This document shows, one piece after another, positions 8,953-15,932 of a DNA stretch of 62,078 nucleotides. Origin of the DNA: a virus (Duplodnaviria > Caudoviricetes); IMG/VR virus record IMGVR_UViG_3300045425_000063, positions 1-62,078 of that record. The stretch is one strand, 5' to 3'. Position 1 is the stretch's first letter; each line of letters begins with the position of its first letter. The position numbers and the translations under genes were made by a program. The notes below the pieces were generated by a model, which worked only from the letters and a program-made list of their open reading frames with translations, was not told where the DNA came from and made no database searches.

Positions 8953-9296
8953 TTTGAGATACCTTTATAAAGTTTAACTGAATCTTCTCTTAAAGATTTA
9001 TTTTGTAAAATCGCATTATCAACAAGAGAATTTACTGCCTGAACCAAACGTGGACGTTTAACTTTAAAGCAAATATCAATCTTCTTTTTCAATTCTGCAA
9101 TTTCATCATTAGTAGTTGCTTCTTGAATTGCATCTTCGAGCATCCACATACGTGTATGTAAAATAGAAAGTTTTTCTACAACTTCTCCCAAGTTATCAGT
9201 TTCAACATATTGAACATCAGGAAGTTCTCGTTGAGAAAGAACTTCATTAACTGTTTCTTTAATGCATTCATCAATTAAATTTCCAAATTTATTCAT
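8949..9296 (-). CDS. hypothetical helical protein in sugar operon
   Basis: 115 aa, LGEVVEKLSIL...WMLED; overlaps both neighbours. Confidence 0.55.
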   Translation of the reverse strand: MNKFGNLIDECIKETVNEVLSQRELPDVQYVETDNLGEVVEKLSILHTRMWMLEDAIQEATTNDEIAELKKKIDICFKVKRPRLVQAVNSLVDNAILQNKSLREDSVKLYKGISK

Positions 9297-10459
9297 TCCA
9301 ATTCTCCTAAAATTTTGTTAAGTAATTTCATATCTTTATTAGATACAAATTGGTTATTGCCAATATATACTCCATTTTCATGAATTAAATCAGCATTAAA
9401 ATCTTCATTTTTTCCTAAAATTATATAATCTCTAAGATATGGTTGTTTTAATAAATTTCCACCAACAATAGGTCGATATTCAACTCCATATTTTTCAAAG
9501 AGGTTAATCATCTTTTCTTTAATCTCTTTATTTTTACAGATAAATGGGAAACAAAAACAACTATTGCCCTCATTGTATATTACTGGGTAAAAATTTTTAT
9601 TTTGATTGATTATTTTTACAAATATATCATAATTATTTCTACGTTTTGTAATAAAATTATCCAATCTTTTTAATTGTGATAAACCAAGAACTGCACTCAA
9701 TTCAGTATTTCTAAAATTATAACCATCAGAAACAAATAAAAATGATTTTTGAATTTCAGGATACAGTTTAGAATACTCACCAAAATTATTAGAAACTCTT
9801 GCCAAACCATGAGATCTTTTAAGTTTCATCAAATCATAAAGTTCTTCATCATTTGTACTGACCATTCCACCTTCTATAGTGGACATATGATGTCCAAAAT
9901 AAAAACTAAAAGTTGCACCCAAACTATTCCTACCTACCTTCCTTCCATCTGCGTCTAGACATCCATGTGATTCACAAACATCATCAATAAAAAGTGCAGT
10001 AGGAAGAATTTTTTTATATTCTTCAACGTTTGCTGGGATTCCTAACAAATGAGTTACAAACACAACTTTAATATCTGGATTATTTTTAGCAATAATCTTT
10101 AAGTTTGCAATATCAAAACTATAATCATTCAAACTAATATCACAAAAAATAGGAGTCAATCCCAACTGAATGATTGGATTGATATTTGTAACCCATGTAC
10201 AAGCAGGAACTAAGACTTTATCTCCCGGTTGTAAATTATATTTTTCAATGATAGCAGCAATTAAAAGAAAATTTGCAGTACTACCAGAAGTTACAAATAA
10301 AGAATAATCACATCCTAACCACTTGGACCAAGATTTTTCAAATTCTTCTACTTTTTTTCCTTGAGTAAACTTGTCAGAAGTAAGAACAAATTTTGCAAGT
10401 TTAACTCTATCAATAAAAGATAGAGTATTTTTCATTAACGGCCATTTATATTCTAACAT
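9293..10459 (-). CDS. colD: DegT-family PLP enzyme, ColD-type GDP-4-keto-6-deoxymannose 3-dehydratase-like
   Basis: SGSTAN, DDVCESHG and SFYFGHHMSTIEGG (His where aminotransferases have the Schiff-base Lys); start trimmed to MLEYKWP. Confidence 0.7.
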   Translation of the reverse strand: MLEYKWPLMKNTLSFIDRVKLAKFVLTSDKFTQGKKVEEFEKSWSKWLGCDYSLFVTSGSTANFLLIAAIIEKYNLQPGDKVLVPACTWVTNINPIIQLGLTPIFCDISLNDYSFDIANLKIIAKNNPDIKVVFVTHLLGIPANVEEYKKILPTALFIDDVCESHGCLDADGRKVGRNSLGATFSFYFGHHMSTIEGGMVSTNDEELYDLMKLKRSHGLARVSNNFGEYSKLYPEIQKSFLFVSDGYNFRNTELSAVLGLSQLKRLDNFITKRRNNYDIFVKIINQNKNFYPVIYNEGNSCFCFPFICKNKEIKEKMINLFEKYGVEYRPIVGGNLLKQPYLRDYIILGKNEDFNADLIHENGVYIGNNQFVSNKDMKLLNKILGELE

Positions 10460-11390
10460 AATTTCCCCTATTTTTAACAAACCATTCAATAGTAATCTTA
10501 ATTCCATCCTCAAGAGAAGTTTTTGCTTTCCATCCTAAACTATTCATCTTAGAAGTATCCAATGCTCTCCTAGGAGTTCCATTTGGTTTTGTAATATCCC
10601 AAATTATTTCACCATCATAACCAATTTCCTTTGAAATTAATTCAGAAAGTTCCCTGATACTTACTTCTCTATTGGGTCCAATATTAATAATATCTGGATT
10701 AGAATAATTATTCATGAGAAAAATCAAACCATCAGCTAGATCATCAGAAAATAAAAATTCTCTGGTAGGACTTCCATCTCCAAAACAAGTTACGGTATTG
10801 AGATTTTTATCTTTTGCAGTTGCAAATTTATTGATAAAACTTGGGATAACATGACATTGTTCGATAATAAAATTATCATTAATACCATAAAGATTATTTG
10901 GCATAACTGAAACAGTTTCAAATCCATACTGCTCGGTGTATTTTTTACACATCATATATCCAGCAATTTTTGCTAGGGAATATGAAATATTTGTTTCCTC
11001 CAAAGGTCCTGTCATCAAATATTCTTCTTTGATTGGAACAGGTGCTAATTTTGGATAAATGCAGGCAGATCCAAGAAATAAAAGTTTTTTACAACGATTA
11101 CGATAAGCACTGTCAATTACATTAGTTTGAATCTGCAAATTTTCACGAATAAAGTCTGCAGGAACTTGTTTATTATATCCAATACCACCTACTTTGGCAG
11201 CTCCCAAAAAGACATATTCGGGCCTTTCTTCAATAAAAAATTCATCTACATCTTTTTGAATCCGAAGATCTAATTGAGATTTATTTCTGGTTATAATATT
11301 TTTATAACCGTTTCTTTCCAATTGACGGATAATTGCCGATCCAACTAATCCACGATGTCCTGCTACAAAAATTTTACTATTACTATCCAT
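10446..11390 (-). CDS. fcl: GDP-L-fucose synthase / ColC-like epimerase-reductase
   Basis: [36 protein letters not shown]. Confidence 0.9.
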   Translation of the reverse strand: MDSNSKIFVAGHRGLVGSAIIRQLERNGYKNIITRNKSQLDLRIQKDVDEFFIEERPEYVFLGAAKVGGIGYNKQVPADFIRENLQIQTNVIDSAYRNRCKKLLFLGSACIYPKLAPVPIKEEYLMTGPLEETNISYSLAKIAGYMMCKKYTEQYGFETVSVMPNNLYGINDNFIIEQCHVIPSFINKFATAKDKNLNTVTCFGDGSPTREFLFSDDLADGLIFLMNNYSNPDIINIGPNREVSIRELSELISKEIGYDGEIIWDITKPNGTPRRALDTSKMNSLGWKAKTSLEDGIKITIEWFVKNRGNYVRI

Positions 11391-12381
11391 AAATGCACAT
11401 ATCCTCAATTAATTGTTCAAATGAAATTTTAGGTTCCCAACCCAGTTTCCATTTTGCCTTAGTGGCATCACCTAATAAGGTCTCTACTTCAGCCGGTCGG
11501 AAATATTTAGGATTGACTTTAATGACCTCATTTCCAGTAAATACATCATATCCAATTTCATTCAATCCATCACCTCTCCACGTAATTTGCATTCCAAAAT
11601 AAGGCGCTGCCTTTTCAACAAACTCACGCACCGAATACTGCTTTCCTGTAGCAATTACATAATCATCTGCTTCATCTTGTTGGAGCATCAACCACATCGC
11701 CTCTACGAAGTCCTTAGCGTGTCCCCAGTCCCTCTTTGCGTTCAGGTTCCCGAGATATAGTATATCTTGTTCCCCAGTTGAAATGCGCGATAATCCTCTA
11801 GTGATTTTTCTTGTGACAAAAGTTTCCCCTCTTCTAGGAGATTCGTGATTGAAAAGAATTCCAGAACTTGCGTGTAGTCCGTAAGATTCTCTGTAGTTTT
11901 TGACGATCCAGTATCCATATAGTTTTGCGACTCCATAAGGTGAACGGGGATGAAAAGGTGTGGTTTCTTTTTGAGGAATCTCTTGAACTTTTCCATAAAG
12001 TTCAGAAGTAGATGCCTGATAAATTCGGGTTTTCTGTTCCATTCCAAGCAAACGAACTGCTTCAAGAATACGAAGAGTTCCAAGAGCATCTACTTGCCCA
12101 GTATATTCGGGTATCTCAAAAGATACTTTTACATGACTCTGGGCACCAAGATTATAAATCTCATCTGGTTGAACTTGCTGAATTATTCTTACAAGATTGG
12201 TAGAATCAGTAAGGTCCCCATAATGGAGGTGAACAGAATTATAAATGTGATCAATACGATCAGTGTTAATAAGGGATGCTCTGCGGATAATACCATGAAC
12301 TTCATAACCTTTTTCAAGCAACAACTCCGCCAAATAAGATCCATCTTGACCAGTGATTCCGGTGATTAAAGCAATTTTCAT
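11383..12381 (-). CDS. gmd: GDP-mannose 4,6-dehydratase
   Basis: [56 protein letters not shown]. Confidence 0.97.
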   Translation of the reverse strand: MKIALITGITGQDGSYLAELLLEKGYEVHGIIRRASLINTDRIDHIYNSVHLHYGDLTDSTNLVRIIQQVQPDEIYNLGAQSHVKVSFEIPEYTGQVDALGTLRILEAVRLLGMEQKTRIYQASTSELYGKVQEIPQKETTPFHPRSPYGVAKLYGYWIVKNYRESYGLHASSGILFNHESPRRGETFVTRKITRGLSRISTGEQDILYLGNLNAKRDWGHAKDFVEAMWLMLQQDEADDYVIATGKQYSVREFVEKAAPYFGMQITWRGDGLNEIGYDVFTGNEVIKVNPKYFRPAEVETLLGDATKAKWKLGWEPKISFEQLIEDMCIYG

Positions 12382-12399
12382 ATAAAGACTGTTTTTAAT

Positions 12400-12437
12400 A
12401 TTATACTAAAAAAGGAGAGTTTATGCAACTCCCCTTT
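12400..12437 (-). promoter_or_regulatory. terminator hairpin overlapping the gmd promoter
   Basis: GGGGAGTT-gcata-AACTCTCC-T6, with TTGCAT-17nt-TATAAT embedded. Confidence 0.65.
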
Positions 12438-12444
12438 GGGTTTT

Positions 12445-12636
12445 ACCAGGCTCGCCACCAATTCTTTAACTGGAAATTGGAAACCAGGCGAGAGAGAGTC
12501 CCATCCGCACCAATTACTTTTGAGAAAAGTAATAAAACAATAGGGTCATATTTGACTCCACCAGTACTTTTAGAGTCTCTCCGTGACTAAAGGGGGTTGC
12601 TCCCGACCAGTGCTTTTAGAGACTCTCCGTGTCTTT
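12445..12636 (-). ncRNA. modular structured RNA, probably related to the wcaG/manA cyanophage motifs
   Basis: Four ~50-nt modules with AAAG-N3/4-UGGU; last module UGGUGCGGA...CUGG...CCAG...GUGGCG resembles wcaG/manA as I recall them; covarying hairpins. Confidence 0.6.
12560..12634. repeat. two 29-nt direct repeats 46 nt apart
   Basis: 12560-12588 ACCAGTACTTTTAGAGTCTCTCCGTGACT vs 12606-12634 ACCAGTGCTTTTAGAGACTCTCCGTGTCT (3 differences). Confidence 0.9.
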
Positions 12637-12643
12637 AGAATTA

Positions 12644-12856
12644 CTATGCTTCAACAGTTTCAAGATCTTGAATGATATAATCGATTAGAATATCATAATT
12701 ATCAAGAGGGTCATCGGAAAAAATAACTCCTTCATTTTGATAAAACTTACGGACTTTCTTGTAAAGTTTCGGATTCTTTACATCAAGATAAAAATCACCA
12801 TTCGCTGCGGCACGAAGTGTTTGAAGATCTTTTTTGAATTTTAAAGTGAGAGACAT
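12644..12856 (-). CDS. hypothetical protein (70 aa)
   Basis: ORF track; own upstream promoter. Confidence 0.7.
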   Translation of the reverse strand: MSLTLKFKKDLQTLRAAANGDFYLDVKNPKLYKKVRKFYQNEGVIFSDDPLDNYDILIDYIIQDLETVEA

Positions 12857-12878
12857 TGTTTTTTAAGTTGACTCTGTA

Positions 12879-12930
12879 ATTATAAAGGATTGAAGTTCTA
12901 TAGTCAAGTAGGACACTTAAAAAAGTGTCC
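12879..12930 (-). promoter_or_regulatory. promoter with upstream 8-4-8 palindrome
   Basis: TTGACT-17nt-TATAAT; GGACACTT-AAAA-AAGTGTCC at 12911-12930. Confidence 0.7.
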
Positions 12931-12932
12931 AA

Positions 12933-13003
12933 TACCTCCAGACGGTGCTGCCCCGTCTTCTGTCCGTTATAAGCAGACGGTTTTACTGATAAACTATGGA
13001 GGC
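12933..13003 (-). tRNA. tRNA-Ile(UAU), non-canonical T-loop
   Basis: GCCTCCA/TGGAGGT acceptor, GTCTG-CT-TAT-AA-CGGAC anticodon arm, GACGG-GGCAGCA-CCGTC T arm. Confidence 0.7.
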
Positions 13004-13010
13004 AAAAGAA

Positions 13011-13181
13011 TCAGCAGCCGTCGTCGTGATTACAAAAAGAATCTTCTTGCTCACATCCATCATACGGAATCATTACTGCATTTCCATATTCACTTGTAAT
13101 GAGAAAAGATTCACCGTTCTCAACTCTTTCTAGTAATTCATCAAAGTGTTTTTGAAAATCTTCTACTGTAAAACTTTCCAT
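13011..13181 (-). CDS. Phd/YefM antitoxin-like small protein
   Basis: MESFTVEDFQKHFDELLERVENGESFLITSEYGNAVMIP; the upstream ATG at 13205 overlaps a -10 box, so start trimmed. Confidence 0.55.
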   Translation of the reverse strand: MESFTVEDFQKHFDELLERVENGESFLITSEYGNAVMIPYDGCEQEDSFCNHDDGC

Positions 13182-13261
13182 TTCTTTTAAAGTTGATATA
13201 GACATTATAAGAGAATTTATAAGAGTTTGAAATTTGACTGTGCCAGTTTCGGAACTGGTAA

Positions 13262-13333
13262 TCCAGAAGGTTGGGATCGAACCAACGTCTTCACCGCCCC
13301 AAACGGTGCCGTCTACCTCTGACTTACTTCTGG
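13262..13333 (-). tRNA. tRNA-Pro(UGG)
   Basis: CCAGAAG/CTTCTGG acceptor, CACCG-TT-TGG-GG-CGGTG, GTTGG-TTCGATC-CCAAC. Confidence 0.9.
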
Positions 13334-13371
13334 TTATTTTTTATATAGTCTTCAATTAATGGAGAAACTAA

Positions 13372-13458
13372 CGGAGAGAAGGAGGGTCGAACTCCTAAGG
13401 GCTTTAACACCTCGACGCTTTTCAAGAGCGTTGCAGTCACCAATCTGCTTGTCTCTCC
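13372..13458 (-). tRNA. tRNA-Ser(UGA)
   Basis: GGAGAGA/TCTCTCC acceptor, ACGCT-CT-TGA-AA-AGCGT, long variable arm, G73. Confidence 0.9.
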
Positions 13459-13468
13459 ATAAAAGTCC

Positions 13469-13729
13469 TCAACGAACTTCAAAATCTAAACGACGAACCT
13501 TACGTTGTCGCCTTGCTTCCTGCCACATAATGTCATCATTAGTAAGGACTCTATTAGTTTGTTTTGTACTTGGAGAGTTTAACATCACCACATTAGATAA
13601 ATCAAGTGCGGTGATTTTACTATTGTTTACTATAGTTGCCATATTAGAGCATCCACAAGAAACTGTTTTTGAGGTGTTGCCCTCTAGTTCTCTATTACAA
13701 CATTTACATCTAATTCGTAAGTTTTCCAT
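13469..13729 (-). CDS. small Cys-rich (Zn-ribbon-like) hypothetical protein
   Basis: MENLRIRCKCCNRELEG...SCGCSN; the longer ORF-track start overlaps tRNA-Asn. Confidence 0.7.
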   Translation of the reverse strand: MENLRIRCKCCNRELEGNTSKTVSCGCSNMATIVNNSKITALDLSNVVMLNSPSTKQTNRVLTNDDIMWQEARRQRKVRRLDFEVR

Positions 13730-13761
13730 AATATTTTCATATTTCTTTGGGTATTTATAAA

Positions 13762-13833
13762 CTCCACAACCTGGATTCGAACCAGGGACAGCAAAATTAA
13801 CAGTTTTGAGTTCTACCACTGAACTATTGTGGA
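13762..13833 (-). tRNA. tRNA-Asn(GUU)
   Basis: TCCACAA/TTGTGGA, CAAAA-CT-GTT-AA-TTTTG, CCTGG-TTCGAAT-CCAGG. Confidence 0.92.
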
Positions 13834-13837
13834 ATAT

Positions 13838-13912
13838 TGGGAGCAGGGGTAGGAATTGAACCTACGATCTCTAGGTTATGAGCCTAGCGTCTTACCACTT
13901 GACTACCCTGCG
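13838..13912 (-). tRNA. tRNA-Met(CAU), initiator-like, CCA encoded
   Basis: C1:U72 mismatch, CTAGG-CT-CAT-AA-CCTAG, GTAGG-TTCAATT-CCTAC. Confidence 0.85.
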
Positions 13913-13936
13913 ATGAAATTGGAGATAAACTCCAAG

Positions 13937-14007
13937 AGCGGATACACGGATTTGAACCGAGGATAAAAGTTTGGAAAACTCTTGTGTTGCCACTACACCA
14001 TATCCGC
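13937..14007 (-). tRNA. tRNA-Gly(UCC)
   Basis: GCGGATA/TATCCGC, AGAGT-TT-TCC-AA-ACTTT, U73. Confidence 0.9.
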
Positions 14008-14013
14008 ATATAA

Positions 14014-14046
14014 GACAATCATAAACTATTTAAGTCTGATTGTCAA
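14014..14046 (-). promoter_or_regulatory. promoter for tRNA-Gly with inverted repeat
   Basis: TTGACA-17nt-TATGAT; GACAATCA...TGATTGTC. Confidence 0.75.
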
Positions 14047-14047
14047 G

Positions 14048-14106
14048 TGTTATGGAGTAAGTGTGATATACCTCATAAGGATACAACAGGGACTTACCCT
14101 CTATCA
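14048..14106 (-). ncRNA. candidate small hairpin RNA
   Basis: Own TTGACA-17nt-TAATAT promoter (14113-14141); long imperfect hairpin GGGUAAG...CUUACUC. Confidence 0.45.
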
Positions 14107-14115
14107 GTTTATATA

Positions 14116-14676
14116 TTACACCATTTCTGGGATGGTGTCAAGTCTAAGTTTAGCATGTACTTCTCTGTGGCAATTAGCACATACGCATATACACTTATCA
14201 AGTTCTTTTTTCTGGTCTTCCCATTTTCTAAGTTTCATATTACCATAATTTTTATCTTTTTGAGTTGGGTCAATATGATGAAACTCTAGTGCATCAATAC
14301 ACTTATCATATCCACATCTTTCACATTTTCCACCTTTATATTCTACTGCTTTTTTCTTACTATTTCTCCATCTATCCGCATTATAATTATTATGACACTT
14401 TTTACAATTTGATTGCCATATTTTTTTATTTTCTCTCCAATACCCAGTATCTTCGGTTAATAAAATAGAACACTTGGAGCAATTTTGTATTGGTCCTTCA
14501 TCAACCTTTAATATTGGATTTGATACATAACCTTCTTTAAATGATTTATTTTCTGTTTTTAAATTGTGTTTTTTTAACCAATATCTAATTGTTGTTGGAC
14601 CTTTATTAGTTATTTTAGATATTTCTCTTATAGACATTTTACTATCTACAAAAGATTTAAGAGTAGAGTAATCCAT
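14116..14676 (-). CDS. HNH homing endonuclease with N-terminal HTH
   Basis: SIREISK...TTIRYWLKK HTH; CERCGY...LEFHH...CANCHREVH HNH/Zn motifs. Confidence 0.85.
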   Translation of the reverse strand: MDYSTLKSFVDSKMSIREISKITNKGPTTIRYWLKKHNLKTENKSFKEGYVSNPILKVDEGPIQNCSKCSILLTEDTGYWRENKKIWQSNCKKCHNNYNADRWRNSKKKAVEYKGGKCERCGYDKCIDALEFHHIDPTQKDKNYGNMKLRKWEDQKKELDKCICVCANCHREVHAKLRLDTIPEMV

Positions 14677-14723
14677 TAGTTCAGCGGATATATATTATTA
14701 TTTATACAACTGAACTATTAAAG

Positions 14724-14796
14724 CAGGCATACCTGGATTTGAACCAGGGATAAGGCTTTAGAAGAGCCGTGTGATAGTCCACTTCACTATATGCCC
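14724..14796 (-). tRNA. tRNA-Arg(UCU)
   Basis: GGGCATA/TATGCCT, GGCT-CT-TCT-AA-AGCC, CCTGG-TTCAAAT-CCAGG. Confidence 0.88.
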
Positions 14797-14800
14797 ATAA

Positions 14801-14833
14801 GACAATCATACCAAAATTTGATTTGATTGTCAA
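14801..14833 (-). promoter_or_regulatory. promoter for tRNA-Arg with the same inverted repeat
   Basis: TTGACA-17nt-TATGAT; GACAATCA...TGATTGTC. Confidence 0.75.
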
Positions 14834-14834
14834 A

Positions 14835-14906
14835 TGAGTCGTAAAGGAGTTGAACCTTTCTCTACCGGTTAAAAGCCGGGTGCATAAACCGATCTGCCAA
14901 CAACTC
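14835..14906 (-). tRNA. tRNA-Lys(UUU)
   Basis: GAGTTGT/ACGACTC, CCGG-CT-TTT-AA-CCGG, AAAGG-TTCAACT-CCTTT. Confidence 0.82.
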
Positions 14907-14966
14907 ATAAGAAGAGAAGACCCGAACATTTCCAGACCTTCTCTGTGGTCTCTCAACCACCCTTAT

Positions 14967-14995
14967 AGAATAGCACCCAAGACCCGTGCTGTCAA
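14967..14995 (-). promoter_or_regulatory. promoter heading the tRNA cluster
   Basis: TTGACA-17nt-TATTCT with AGCAC/GTGCT inverted repeat. Confidence 0.65.
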
Positions 14996-15183
14996 CCCTT
15001 TGCTTCCTTACGGGCGTTCTTCTCTTCAGTAATCTCGCCTCTACGGGTCTTAACCAGTTTACCGACCTCTTGTAGCGCCTTACGGGCACGAGTACCAGCA
15101 GCATTATTACCGGCAGTGAACTTTTCGTCTTCCACTTTCCACGCTTCAATAGCAGTCAGTAGTTCTTGTGATGTTTGTGACAT
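14992..15183 (-). CDS. histone H1-like (Hc1-family) small basic protein
   Basis: EKFTAGNNAAGTRARKALQEVGKLVKTRR motif; GGAG upstream of MSQT. Confidence 0.65.
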   Translation of the reverse strand: MSQTSQELLTAIEAWKVEDEKFTAGNNAAGTRARKALQEVGKLVKTRRGEITEEKNARKEAKG

Positions 15184-15226
15184 AATAATCTCCAATAAAA
15201 TAAGATATGTTTATATATAACACTTT

Positions 15227-15661
15227 TTACTTACAGTCATCAACCCAAGGGGCACATATTCGCATCGGTGGAGCAAGTGACTTACATTCTGCAGTATAAC
15301 ATAAGGTCTCATCATTCACCTCATCTATGTAAATTGGTTTATATTTTTTATCATAATCGGAAATAATCCGATCATACTCGGGAATTACATCACGAATTGC
15401 TCTATCAACTTCCAATTCAATTCTTGCTTCCAATTCCTTTTCACTCTCAGTTCTTGGAAGTTCGTGACTTAGACCTAACTGCTGAAGAATCAGAGTATAA
15501 ATTTTCCAAAGTTCTTTTTCACTCATCTTCAACCATCCCGATAAAGAAACTATTATCAATACGGCAATAGAACCAAAAATAATTGATTTGATTCTTTTAG
15601 AACTTACAATAGGAAGAGTGGTAAGTTTTCCGCCCCTAACCTCAAAGAGTTTAAACATCAT
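15227..15661 (-). CDS. hypothetical membrane-anchored protein
   Basis: One TM segment; C-terminal CYTAEC..PPMRICAPW; start trimmed. Confidence 0.65.
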   Translation of the reverse strand: MMFKLFEVRGGKLTTLPIVSSKRIKSIIFGSIAVLIIVSLSGWLKMSEKELWKIYTLILQQLGLSHELPRTESEKELEARIELEVDRAIRDVIPEYDRIISDYDKKYKPIYIDEVNDETLCYTAECKSLAPPMRICAPWVDDCK

Positions 15662-15932
15662 TCTCCTCATATTCTTTAATTGACTTATCCAAAACTCTTT
15701 CAATTCGATAAGTTATGAGTTCAGAATCTTGAATTATATAATCATTTAGAATATCAATACCCATAGAAGATTGAACTTCATCGAGTAAATTGAAAACTTT
15801 TTTCTTTTGAACTCCAGGAATGAGTGAAATTGCATCTAATGAGAAATGAACAATCGCACCGATCTTAATCCACTCTTTCAAAGATTTCTTTTGTTTACCA
15901 TACTTAAACTCAAAAATATTAAACTTGCTCAT
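15651..15932 (-). CDS. hypothetical protein
   Basis: ORF track; start trimmed to MSKFNIF. Confidence 0.6.
   Translation of the reverse strand: MSKFNIFEFKYGKQKKSLKEWIKIGAIVHFSLDAISLIPGVQKKKVFNLLDEVQSSMGIDILNDYIIQDSELITYRIERVLDKSIKEYEENDV

Noticed and set aside
9293-10459. Perosamine synthase / true aminotransferase call
   Set aside because: The Schiff-base Lys position is occupied by His (FGHHM)
5677-12381. Sugar locus as a phage DNA hypermodification system
   Set aside because: No base hydroxymethylase or T4-type DNA glucosyltransferase recognised in the window, and the GT families point to surface glycans; not fully excluded
12560-12634. Mini-CRISPR array
   Set aside because: Only two near-identical repeats with a 17-nt spacer, no cas genes, and the differences fit RNA covariation
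12890-15149. ORF-track calls 12890-13099, 13359-13760, 13982-14248, 14702-14956, 14850-15032 and 14862-15149
   Set aside because: They overlap tRNA genes or real CDSs and have no protein motifs
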